Below, one piece after another: positions 25,301-36,750 of a stretch of 64,000 nucleotides of DNA. The notes under the pieces are model-generated. The model was not told where the DNA came from. It searched no databases and worked only from the letters and a program-made list of their open reading frames with translations. This DNA is from Phoronis australis (Eukaryota > Animalia > Phoronida), in the NCBI GenBank assembly GCA_002633005.1, contig NMRA01000311.1, positions 197,839-261,838 on the forward strand, written 5' to 3'. The first letter of the stretch is position 1. Each line of letters starts with the position of its first letter. The translations under genes and the position numbers were made by a program.

Positions 25301-28300
25301 GAGCAGACGACGGAAATAAAAAATGGGCATCGTAGTCGCCGGTCTACTTCAAAGTATAAGAGATTTCCTGTTCATACAGCATATTGCCTATGAAGATTTT
25401 CTACACCTTGCAGATTCGTTTAAACTTGGGATTGTACTGCTGTGACAAAATGTCACAGGTCAGTTGAGACAAGGTCACTTAGCATTTCTTTATTTAGAAC
25501 AATACAAAACATCATCTTACAGTTGGGCTAAAACACAGCATTGTTATACAACAGTGTAAGACTGGATTACCCATGGCCAAAACCAATCACACAGGACTTC
25601 AGTGATCAGGAAACAACTGAACACGGGGGGGGGGGGGGGGGGGANNNNNNNNNNNNNNNNNNNNNNNNNNNNNNNNNNNNNNNNNNNNNNNNNNNNNNNN
25701 NNNNNNNNNNNNNNNNNNNNNNNNNNNNNNNNNNNNNNNNNNNNNNNNNNNNNNNNNNNNNNNNNNNNNNNNNNNNNNNNNNNNNNNNNNNNNNNNNNNN
25801 NNNNNNNNNNNGGGGGGGTGGGGGGGTGAATGGTGGGAGAGGGGCACCAAGAAATGGATCATATAGTGTAATAGTAGCGACTTACTCTTGCATTGACTTC
25901 TTGGTCGAAACCAGCCTTCTGCATCTGATACTCTCGAGATGAGTTAGCGATCTTGGTGTCCGCCTGGTACTTGATGTCCATTCTGGCCTTCTCACACTCA
26001 GCTTCCTAAATAAAATAGTGAAACCACTGCTTAGTTTACAAACAAAATAAATGAGAGTGGTGACTTCTGACTCATCTAGAAGATGAAGCTCAACTCTCTA
26101 GGTATTATCCAAGAATGAATAAAATTAAGCAGAACTCGAGTTGAAAACCAAAGTACCCAACCAGTCAATACATCGCCCATTTTGACTAGCCAGCACTATG
26201 TTACGCTTCATGACAATCGCAGGTCATCTCTCAATTCATTTTGATCATAGAAAGCAAATGATATGATGCAATATATTAACATCAACGCTGTGTCACAAAC
26301 AAAGAATTCACAATGAAGCAATTGGTAACACCGCTGTTGCACCAAAAGAGCTTTCTGAAGTTGTCATTTCTGCCTAGCAACAGCACCTTTATCAAGCTTT
26401 AAAGATTGGCTCAGAACATGTTTGGTGTGGTAGAGCATTAACAGATGCTCAAGAAAATGCATCCCTTTCATTAGGGCACCTCTCATACTATACTAAACAA
26501 ACTAACCCTGATGCCAGCATCTCTGTTGGCCTCGGCAACACCAATATCGGCGTCTCGCTTCACGTTGGCCGTCTGCGCCCGACCCAAAGATGCAAGGTAC
26601 TCCACATTATCGTACACGTCCTTGATTGTGAAGCTGAGGATTTCGATGCCCATTCTGCCCACATCAGGAGCTGCTACTTCTCGCACCAACTGGGCAAACT
26701 GGTCCCGATCCTGGTAGATAGCCTCCACTGAAAGGGTACCTACGAGCAAGGTAAGAATAGGCATGAAAGGAAAATAAATGATGTTCAAGACAAACAGTAT
26801 AAAGAACAATAAATACGTAATTTTGTGTGTAATTCTGCGACTTTTGGGAAGGGTGACCAACACGAGACTACTGACATTAGGTATGCTATATGGTACTAAT
26901 CACTCGACAGCTTGGGAAGCAATACGATAGACTGGTAAAATTTCGTTTGGTCAACTTTCTTGACAAAAATGACTTTTATGGACATTTTATTTTGTTGTTG
27001 GCAATGACGGTTTGTGACAGTTGTCATTAAATAGTATTTGGCTAAATTTTGAGCAATTGCAGAAATGTAACAAGCTTTTGAAAAATGTCATTTTTAGTCA
27101 TTTTGTCCGAAATTGAAGATTTTTTACTAATGATCAAGAGTAAGGTGAAGTTAAACGTACAGCAACATTCTGCTGAAATTCTAACATCAACAAAGCCAAG
27201 GGAGGACAGCAGGTCACAGATACCTGGGTAAATGACTGTCATGTTACGCTTCAGTGACAAAATGAATGAGGAAAATATACAACAGGGCTCCTTGTTGCAC
27301 TATAGGACAGGCAGACATTGGCACACAGGAGAGAGGAGAATTTAATAAGCTAATCAGAAGAAATAACATGTAAAAGTATTGAAAACCTAGTCAACTTGAC
27401 TCAACTGCACAACGATCCAAACCACTTAATTTGTCCATCTGTTGACATTAACCTCATATAATATAATATATAGTACGCCAAGTTTCATTTGAAAATCAAT
27501 ATTTACCCAGGACAAACTAACTCCATAGCAATCCTTAATAAACAGAATCTGACGGATTATAGTACTGTTATAAAACGAGGCAATTAAATTTCTGAACGTA
27601 ACTTATTGAATTGAAGGAGAAGACCCACAGGTGTTTTCTGCTTCCATTGTCACCAACGTAGTGCTTCAAAACTAATATAATTTTAAAGCTATTTCTTATT
27701 TTCAGCTGATAATTTTAACACAAATAAATGCTCAAAATCCAAAACATCGGAAAACTTATACGAATTGATTTTATGTCCTAAAAGATCCTGCCATTTTCCA
27801 GTGACCAGAAGCAATACCCCGACCAATTAAGCATAAGAGAACCGCCCAGGGTCTGTCAATCATTCCCCCCACTCACCCAGTATAGCCCTCAAGTGACCCT
27901 CCAGTGTTTGCAGAATTACTCCGCCTATCTCACGTGTTGTCTTGCCCAGGAACTGTTCACAGGCAGTCTCCAGAAGTTCCCTCTCCTTGATCACCTTGCA
28001 CTGTGCCACGCCCGTCACTGTCAGCGGTACACCCTCCGATGTCTCCACACTCTCACACATAGGATTGAGGGTCATGACCTCCAGGGAAATCCTGTAGCAG
28101 AAAAAACAGTGCATGACAAGTACGGTCTCAGAATGTTTCAAATTATTTCTTAACATTGACAAGCTTAAAACTGGGTGAATCAGATACACTTCATCATTTC
28201 CATGCATCGTCTGCAACAAACGTTTAGAAATTTGTGGAGTTAGCGTATACCCGAGCATGGACATTAACCCAGGGATATACCTAGGCCTCAAAACCTGAAT

Positions 28301-30334
28301 CACCAGCTGGGCGACAGCCAGAAAATCAAATCGCTCAGCCCAAAGTTAAGTTGCCAGTTTTGCGTCAGTCAGAACAGACAAACTGACCATCTCAAATTCA
28401 AGAATCTCCAATACAATTAACTATGTTAAAAATTCTGGAATTAACGCGGTATGATACAAGCTACATCGCTAAGTAAAGGACAAAATGAAACCCATTTTAT
28501 AGCAGCAAGTGATCTCTACAACAAAAATTGATTTTTGACAGAAGGTGCAGCGGGTTTATTGCGCTCATTAAGTGAAGAGCCACTTACGACTGCGTGTCTG
28601 TGACACAACACCACGCCCAGCCCCATCCACCGATGATATACTTCTTGTCAGTGGAACCACAGCAGCCACCTGCAAACATGGGCCAGCATTAAACAATGAA
28701 CATGGGCTAGTACTAAACAATGAACATGGGCCAGCATTAAACAATGAACATGGACCAGCATTAAACAATGAACATGAGCCATCATTAAACAATGAACATG
28801 GGTAGGCATTAAACAATGAACATGAGCCATCATTAAACAATGAACATGGACCAGCATTAAACAATGAACATGAGCCAGCATTAAACAATGAACATGGGTA
28901 GGCATTAAACAATGAACATGAGCCATCATTAAACAATGAACATGGACCAGCATTAACCAATGAACATGGCTTAAAATCACCAATGTCATATCAAAAACAC
29001 CATAAAGCAACCCCATCAGTTGATCCGGTGTCAAATTAGAACACTCGCAAACACTATCTGACGATTTATTAATTAGCTGATATTGAGTTTCGAGAACTCA
29101 TTGGTCGATACATACTATATAAAATTGGGACAACCAATCACAACACTGATAGGAGCTACACAACTTTGCACTAGAAGCTCACATATTGGTGGACATGACA
29201 AAATGGCTCTGGGATCGTTCGTACGTCATTTATTTTCTCCTTTTTTAAGATACTGAATTCCCCGTTACGATATGGAGTGCTATAAAGGAAGGTTTAATGA
29301 TGCTGACAATGTTCAAGTGGCACACAAGTTAGTAATTACTAGTTGAAACAAGGTAAATGGTGGTTTTAAGGAAAATTGAAAACTCTTTCAAAGTTTGCTA
29401 AACGCTCAAGCGTGACCTACACCTTTACACGCTTCTAGCGAATTCCACGGCAACTGTGGGAAAAGACCACACACTACGTATAATACTGTAAAATCTGTGT
29501 CGTCATTCACTACTTTCATGAATTCGCCATGATACTTGAAAACGAGGCATCATGTACTAACTACAGTGGTTATGCATGTTTGGAACCCGCGTACTTTCAC
29601 GGTTGCATTGTTAAAATTGATGCTAAACAAGGCGTTGTGTCTTAAACAACAATGATTTTTGCAGCGCCACCAAGTGTGCAAGAAGTGAATTGAATAGGAA
29701 ACAAGTGTTGCTAGTGCTAGATATGCTTCCGGTGAATCATACAAGCCTCTGTTAGCCACTCGCTAATGGCCAATTGCCTATTAGCTGAATGGTTAGCTCA
29801 CTCGCCAGTTTTATGGGGGTCACTGGTTCGATTCCTGGGTCAGGTAATCTCAGCTATTACAACACATGAGTTTTTAGTTGATTAATTTTTAGTTGATTCC
29901 AGCCTTTAACTTGGACGATTGACGTCAATGATGCATTAGCATGTGACAGAATGAGGATTGATGGAAATCATCAAAACGGGGTTTGCATAAAATCTTCTGA
30001 TATACAGGATGGGTAGGAATGTGCCAACGCCTATTATTAGCCTAGGACTTTAATTTCAAGAATTGAAAAACTGAATTTTTGACAAGGCAAAAACCTTGAA
30101 CTTGGTAGCCAGACTTCGGTTACGCCTACTTGGAGCTTAAATACACACATAGTGAAGAATATTCACACCAATGACAGTCTAGGGGACGACGCGTCGTCTG
30201 ATTAGGAATGTAGCCTGCTGAGTAGCAGTTTGCTGCACCGTCGTGTTTACACAAAAATATGGTAATGTTTTGCAAAAATACTTGCCTGATATAATGAGAG
30301 CCTCATTCGGCCCAACAGTGTGAATATTCCCCAT
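22374..30334 (-). CDS. FLOT2: Flotillin-2 (reggie-1), 9 coding exons, 423 aa
   Basis: Exons 30334-30286, 28669-28588, 28091-27877, 26739-26507, 26005-25886, 25285-25071, 24219-24036, 23302-23159, 22403-22374(TAA), total 1272 nt. Translation MGNIHTVGPNEALIISGGCCGSTDKKYIIGGWGWAW..LQTLEGHLRAILGTL..AAPDVGRMGIEILSFTIKDVYD..ALTGVDLSKVLKQVPGAV. Gly2 (myristoylation) and Cys19/Cys20 (palmitoylation) are typical of FLOT2 rather than FLOT1. Confidence 0.96.
24456..24582. repeat. 21-bp tandem repeat (TTCCAGTTTACCTCCCCTTAT), about 6 copies
   Basis: Direct inspection. Absent from the corresponding site (~16380) of the other copy. Confidence 0.9.
28675..28969. repeat. 24-bp minisatellite (AACATGRRCCAGCATTAAACAATG), about 12 copies
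   Basis: Tandem array abutting the FLOT2 exon 2 acceptor. Confidence 0.93.
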
Positions 30335-30681
30335 CTTTGAGGAATCGAAATTTCAAAGAATTAGGCGTTCGTTGCGAACAACTAGCTTTGTAGCAAGCCC
30401 AAACCCTAAAGAATACCGATTGCAAAACTGATATTGGGCAATCAACAAAGATGGCGAAATGATCTCGTTTGTAAACAGTGACGACGAGAAATATTACAAG
30501 GTATAAATATCTAACTTAATTTAATGAAATGCTTTTTTTGAATATGTTTAAATCATTTTATTGAAAAAATGAGTATTTGGAGGAAAATGAAAAAATATTG
30601 CTTCAGCATTGATGATATGTGATATGACGTCATCTACCACAGAGACACACAGACAGACAGGATTCGCCGTGAAAATTCTAG
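30335..30681. promoter_or_regulatory. Putative bidirectional promoter FLOT2/PPP4C including a non-coding PPP4C first exon
   Basis: Lies between the FLOT2 ATG (30334, -) and a perfect + strand donor AG|GTAAGT at 30681/30682. Contains AAGATGGCG (YY1-like, 30448-30456) and CRE TGACGTCA (30625-30632). The PPP4C ATG exon begins at an acceptor (36742), so an upstream non-coding exon is required. Confidence 0.6.
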
Positions 30682-31055
30682 GTAAGTGCGCTACCGTTCT
30701 TATTCTTTTTGAGGTTTTTTATTGATTTTAATTGATTGTCTTGATAAAACGAACGCCAACATGTTTTTTGTGCTTTTCTACACCAATGACAATTTGATGG
30801 TGGAAAATTACGATAAATTTCAGTGGAATTCATTCATTTTCTCCCCAATCGTTTCATCCCAACAATTTTGGAAACTGGTCACTGGTGACTGGTCGGATGT
30901 AGCGGTTCCTGATTTTGAGAACCAGGCAATCATTGAAGAACGGGTCAGTTCTTCAGTGGATAAAACTTGTTATCAAAAATAGACGGTTGATGTTTAAAAT
31001 CCGACTCTATTAACGTACATGTTTGATATTAATATTTTCTGAATCCTCTCGTCAT

Positions 31056-31371
31056 GTAGGCAATGACCATCGCCTCTGTTGGCCCGAAGCAGAGGCGATG
31101 TAGAGGCTATAGGCGCTCTGTACGCCGGAAGCTTTTCGGCGAATTTTGCCTCGCACCGACTAAACCATCAAAGTCACGTTGTTCTAAATACCTTTTGCGC
31201 ATAGAGGAACACCTTAGGAGGTTGCCGATGTGTTTAATTCCTTCCAACTCGAACAAATACTCCCGTTATGAAACTTTTTCTTCGAGCAGTCCCTATTTCA
31301 GTTCCCAAAATCGCCTATAGCCTCTACATCGCCTCTGCTTCGGGCCAACAGAGGCGATGGTCATTGCCTAC
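31056..31371. mobile_element. 316-bp MITE with about 59-bp perfect TIRs (GTAGGCAATGACC...) and 4-bp TSD TCAT
   Basis: 31056-31114 is the reverse complement of 31313-31371, and TCAT flanks both ends. A related left-end copy is at 34200-34455. Confidence 0.85.
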
Positions 31372-31390
31372 TCATCATGGTGATCACGAT

Positions 31391-34195
31391 CACGGTGATT
31401 CAAAAAATGTTTTACTCGTACCGATTAGGCTCTTCTTATTCATGCATTCACTGTTCGTATGAGGTGTTCATTTGCGGCAGCCGATCTCTAGTGACCCGCC
31501 TTTATAAAACTGCGACACCTCTCGGCAGGAATGATAACTACAAAGATACCACGGCACGTGGCACATTAAACTCTAAGTAACAAAATAGTAATCAGGGCTC
31601 GACATAACGAGCTGCAGGTCGCATTTGCCACCTGAAATTTGGAAATGCGAGCTGAGATTTTTGTCAGCTCATATAAAGTCGCAAAATGCGACCTGGAATT
31701 TCCAACGAATGCGAGCTGAGTTTTTACACTTCTCAACAGATACCCGGCAAATACGAATCAGGTCTTGTTAATCCGACTGTTATTTGGTTGTTGCCAAATA
31801 GAAGTTCAAAAGAACACTAACCGAGAACTGCCCTCCCGATGACTTGTAAGCATGTCGCGTGAACATGGGATATACAGAATCGATCTTTGACGCGTTTCAT
31901 TGGCTAACACTTTCGGCCACTTTTGTAAATTCCCGGATTCGCGGAAGAAAGTTTCGGGCCACTGCTTAACACGTGATAAAACTTCACAAAACAACGGTGT
32001 TTCTATTAATTCTTAAGCGATCAACTTACCAAACATTGTGGTGGACAAAAATGTTTATTTTTCACATAAAATGTCCTTATTACATGTACCAAATATCCAC
32101 GACAATATCCCTGATATCGCACTGCGGCACCGTTAGCGCGCAAGCGGTCCCGGCAGACAATCGTGACTTAGACTGAGATGTGCTTCTCCTTTTTATCGTA
32201 TTAAGACAGCCAAAGTGAAAATTACAACCTTATTAATCGCCAAACGACGGTCACGTCTTTACTTTCAGTTGCCAAGAAATTCTCAAACCCTTTACTTGTT
32301 TCTGGGGCTACGTGCGCGAAATATGATTTGTCTTTCACACGTTGTTGCCAACGTAAAGTGTAGGCCTACTCCAGCGATTCAAGTGCGTGAACTCACGCGT
32401 GCGCACCACTTCAAAGAACAGCGACAGTCCTAAATGAAAGAGTATACCGGCTTGGCTCTGGTTTATTTGAAAATGAACTCAGATTCCCAGCGGTTATAAA
32501 AGACCCGATGTCCCGGGACCGATATAACCCAGAACTAACGTTATCCTGTTCCGATGTTTCCCGAGGTCGGTGTTCTCTAAACCCTGTATTCTATGCCCGT
32601 AGCCAGCTATTGCAACTAAACTGGCACTAGATGCGAAATTGTGGTTCAAGTTAGCGAACTTTTCATTCTTCTCTTTATACACCCCCCGGCAACTTTTCGC
32701 TCCCCGAACCACCTTCGCCGTAAAATGTTCAGACTCCTATAGAAACAACCTTGTTCCGGCTGAAGCGGGCAGTTAAAAAAATCATTCCGGGTGGCTAAAA
32801 AGGGTACAATGTAGTTGGTAACGATATCCAGAAAGTCACCCCTACCAGATGGAGTTTGCCTCGCAAAATCGTATTATTATAACGTTTTTTACCATTGCAG
32901 CGTTTTAATATCTTATTACCGCAAACACTGAGGTTAACGACTATGCTCACGCACAAGCCTACTCCCTACCTTTAAAGTGTTTCATAATAAGCGCTCACTG
33001 ATCTATTAAAAGTCCCCCCTGAAATTTTGAGAATTTCTAATTAAGCGCCCACAGTTCAAGCTAGCGCCCATCATTGCGCACTACAAACGACCGCGTGTGG
33101 TTTAAAATTGACACGCAGCTTATATGGTGTGTGTCAGTTTCATTTTACACAACTTCAGTTTTCAAAAACGTCTTTTCACAATATGTAAAAACCAAATCTC
33201 GGCTTTGTTTTATACCTCGGAAAGAAAGTTAACACTAGTGACGTGCGTGTCGTTTTGCGACTGACCTATTTTTTCCCGTACTTGGAAGGTATTGAAGAGC
33301 AAACTCGCGATTACCCGAGTTAGTTTGAATCGTTAACGACTTTGATGACGGCCAGTAGCAGACCAGATCTAACAAAATCCCAGATACTTTTTTCAACGGG
33401 CATTTTCTCCCTTTTCACTTCGCAAATTTAGCTACTCGAATGCACAAGTCAGTTAGAGAGCACTGATTCAACTTTCACGCCGGCAACTTGGCTTGCGCTC
33501 TAGAGACTTTCAATGGCGGTCGTGAAGAACAGTAAGGCCGTACCTGCATGAATGAAGTCAATTTTGAGATCCGAAATTTGTGAGTATTTAACGCTGCAGA
33601 TAAGAGCATAATCTAAACATTTTCTAGATGATCTAAAAAATCTATTTTGGCGCGTAAAAATGGCGGAAAATTTTGCGACCTGGCATTTACGGATGCGAGC
33701 TGGATTTTGAAAATGCGACCTGGGATTTTGGCTAGGTCGCAAAATGCGACCTGGCGATTTGAATAGCGTCGAGCCCTGGTAATAGTCATTTATAAGGGAT
33801 TGCCTCTTCAAAAGATTCTTCTTTAGAAAAAACACGAGAGCGCGTGTACTCGCGGACAAATATCATCCTCGAAAACACTTGACATCTTGGGGACATAATT
33901 TCGACTCGTGTTATGGCAAACATGTCATTTCAGAGACAAAAACTTTCAAACAAGTGGAAATAGGCAATCAGTTAACTAATATCACTGGAAGGGTAAAATA
34001 CGCGAACACAGAAACACATTCTGCATCGAACAAAAACTTTAACCGTTAGTTATCAATCCTGTCGAAAGGTGTCACACTTTTAAAAATGGCTGCCTCACTA
34101 AATCAACGTTGCAAATAAATGCCTTGGAAAAACCTGAAAGTTATGAATAAGAAGCGACCAGTCAGTGCAGGTAATACATATTTGGAAGCACCGTG
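31391..34195. mobile_element. Old DNA element with CACGGTG...CACCGTG termini and degenerate ~150-bp TIRs (Chapaev/Transib-like termini), interrupted by a younger insertion
   Basis: 31391-31545 aligns imperfectly with the reverse complement of 34045-34195. No clean TSD is visible. Confidence 0.55.
31593..33778. mobile_element. Non-autonomous hAT-like (hAT5-type) element, 2186 bp
   Basis: TIR CAGGGCTCGAC/GTCGAGCCCTG, 5-bp TSD GTAAT, and subterminal GGTCGCATTT/AAATGCGACC repeats at both ends. No transposase ORF. Confidence 0.85.
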
Positions 34196-34830
34196 ACTAG
34201 TAGGCAATGACCATCGCCTCTGTTGGCCCGAACCAGAGGCAATGCAGAGGCTATAGGCGCTCTGTACGCCGGAAGCTCTTCAGCGAATTATGCCTCGCAC
34301 TGACTAAATCATCAAAGTCACGTTGTTATAAATACCTTTTGTGCATAGAGGAACACCTGAGGAGGTTGTCGATATGTTTAATTCCTTCCAACTCGAACAA
34401 ATACTCCCATTATCAAACTTTTTCTTTGAGCAGTCCCTATTTCAGTTCCCAAAATGGTGAAATCAACATTTTCATTTTTTTAACCAGGCCGAAGGTCAGA
34501 AGTTGCGGACCTACCGGCGAACTTTGAAAGCTGAAGTTCCCGCCCTTCGCGTACTTGCTGCTTGGAACCAGCCGTGCATTTGCCGTGTTGTTAAACATTA
34601 AAATGTCAAATATGTTCACAAAGACTATTAAATGTCATATCAACAGCTTTTATTTTTATCAAATACAAACAATAATTCATTGAAATACAAACAGTTTCAA
34701 GTAACGCCAATTAAAGACAAGTATAAGTGGTGGCATTTTGGAAATGAACATTTCACTGACAAGACCGCAATGGCTCACCTTTGGCCTATTTAAAGATTAA
34801 GGTCATGAAGTCACATCACCTAGCGAGGGC

Positions 34831-35847
34831 GGTATATAAAGAGAAGGATGAAAAGTTCGCTAACTTGAACCACAATTTCGCATCTAGTGCCAGTTTAGTT
34901 GCAATAGCTGGCTACGGGCGTAGAATACAGGGTTTACGGAACATCGACCTCGGGAAACATCGGAACAGGAAAACGTCAGTTTTGGGTTATATCGGTCCCG
35001 GGACATCGGGTCTTTTATAACCGCTGGGAATCAGAGTTCATTTTCAAATAAGCCGGAGCCAAGCCGGTATACTCTTTCATTTAGGACTGTCGCTGTTTTT
35101 TGAAGTGGTGCGCACGCGTGAGTTCACGCACTGAAATCGCTGGAGTAGGTCTACACTTTGCGTTGGCAACAACGTGTGAAAGACAAATCATCACGTAGCC
35201 CCAGAAACAAGTAAAAGGTTTGAGAATTTCTTGGCAACTGAAAGTAAAGATGTGACCGTCGTTTGGCGATTATTAAGGTTGTCATTTTCACTTTGGCTGT
35301 CTTAATACGATAAAAAGGAGAAGCACATCTCAGTCTAAGTCACGATTGTCTGCCGAGACCGCTTGCGTGCGGCGGTGCCGCAGTGCGATATCAGGGATCT
35401 TGTCGTGGATATTTGGTACATGTAATAAGGACATCTTATGTGAAAAATAAACATTTTTGTCCACCACAAAGTTTGGTAAGTTGATCGCTTAAGAATTAGT
35501 AGAAACACCGTTGTTTTGTGAAGTTTTATCACTTGTTAAGCAGTGGCCCGAAACTTTCTTCGGCGAATCCGGGAATTTACAAAAGTGGCCGAAGGTGCTA
35601 GCCAATGAAACGCGTCAAAGATCGATTCTGCATATCCCATGTTCACATGACTTGCTTACAAGTCATCTGGAGGGCTGTTCTCGGTTAGTGTTCTTTTGAA
35701 CTTGAATTTGGCAACAACCAAATAACGGTCGGATTAACAAGAGCTGCTTCGTATTTGCCAGCTATCTGTTGAGAAGTGTAAATACTCAGCTCGCATTTGT
35801 TGGAAATTTCAGGTCGCATTTTGCGACCTGCAGCTCGTTATGTCGAG
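34831..35847 (-). mobile_element. Inverted partial copy of the left ~1.1 kb of the 31593-33778 element
   Basis: Reverse complement of 31598-32683 with scattered differences, as shown by mirrored ORFs 31806/35511, 31973/35335 and 32494/34781. The terminal CCCTG is missing. Confidence 0.88.
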
Positions 35848-36750
35848 TTAGCTAGTGTCAATGAATAAGTATGCTATTTCTGTCAGTGCAACCTTAAAAT
35901 GTTGCATCTAAACAAGTAAAGGAATGATTTGCTAATGTGTAAGAAATATTTTTATTTTGAGTGACATATTGTGGCTAAAATGGGATAATCTTCTACTGGA
36001 CAATAGGTGTCACTGAAAAACATTCCAACATCAGTTCAGTGTACATATTTGAAACAGATAAATATCTCCAATGCAGTTGGCCTGATCGGACAGTGTCTAC
36101 TCCTCAAATAGAACTCTAATGAGTTTGGGACGAGTTTGCAATTTTTGTTATGGAGAACATTGTAATAATTAAGTTACCTTTAAGCTATTTCAATATAAGA
36201 GTATTTGTAAAATCAAAACGTTTGCGTGGATAAATTGACGTCGGTGTGCCGAATTACTGGAGAATTGCCATATGATCCTAAAGGAAGGAGACATCTCGGT
36301 ATGTCATACCGTCCATCATTCAGTTACTTGTACACAAGTCTGCTGGACAAATTCAAGGGCAACCTAGGAGGTGTTCATTTCTTTGTTTTAGAAATTTCAC
36401 GATCATACACTACAGGTGTCAGTGCTTAGCATAGTGCCATCTCGCCAAGTGCAATGTGGCAAAATTTCCAGATTGCCAAGTGGGAGTTGATCTAGCCAGA
36501 ACAAGGAAACCCTGTATGAGGGATGCATAAATCCTGACCACAGATGGCAATAGGTGAAAATGAGAAAATGGGCATCTGATTTGGAGAAGAGGTACATGTC
36601 TGTCGAAGCACCCGAAATTCCCCAGGTGGCAATTGTTTTTTTAATCGAATGGAAAATTGGGTGCTCTCATAATTTAACTCTTGTGATAAACTTGATCCAC
36701 TGTCAATTTTGGACTGGTCTTATAACTTTGTTTAATTTCAGGTTCAAAGT

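Noticed and set aside
29781-29843. tRNA gene candidates (also 5187-5246 and 46873-46945)
   Set aside because: A/B boxes are present but there are no convincing acceptor or anticodon stems; treated as SINE heads.
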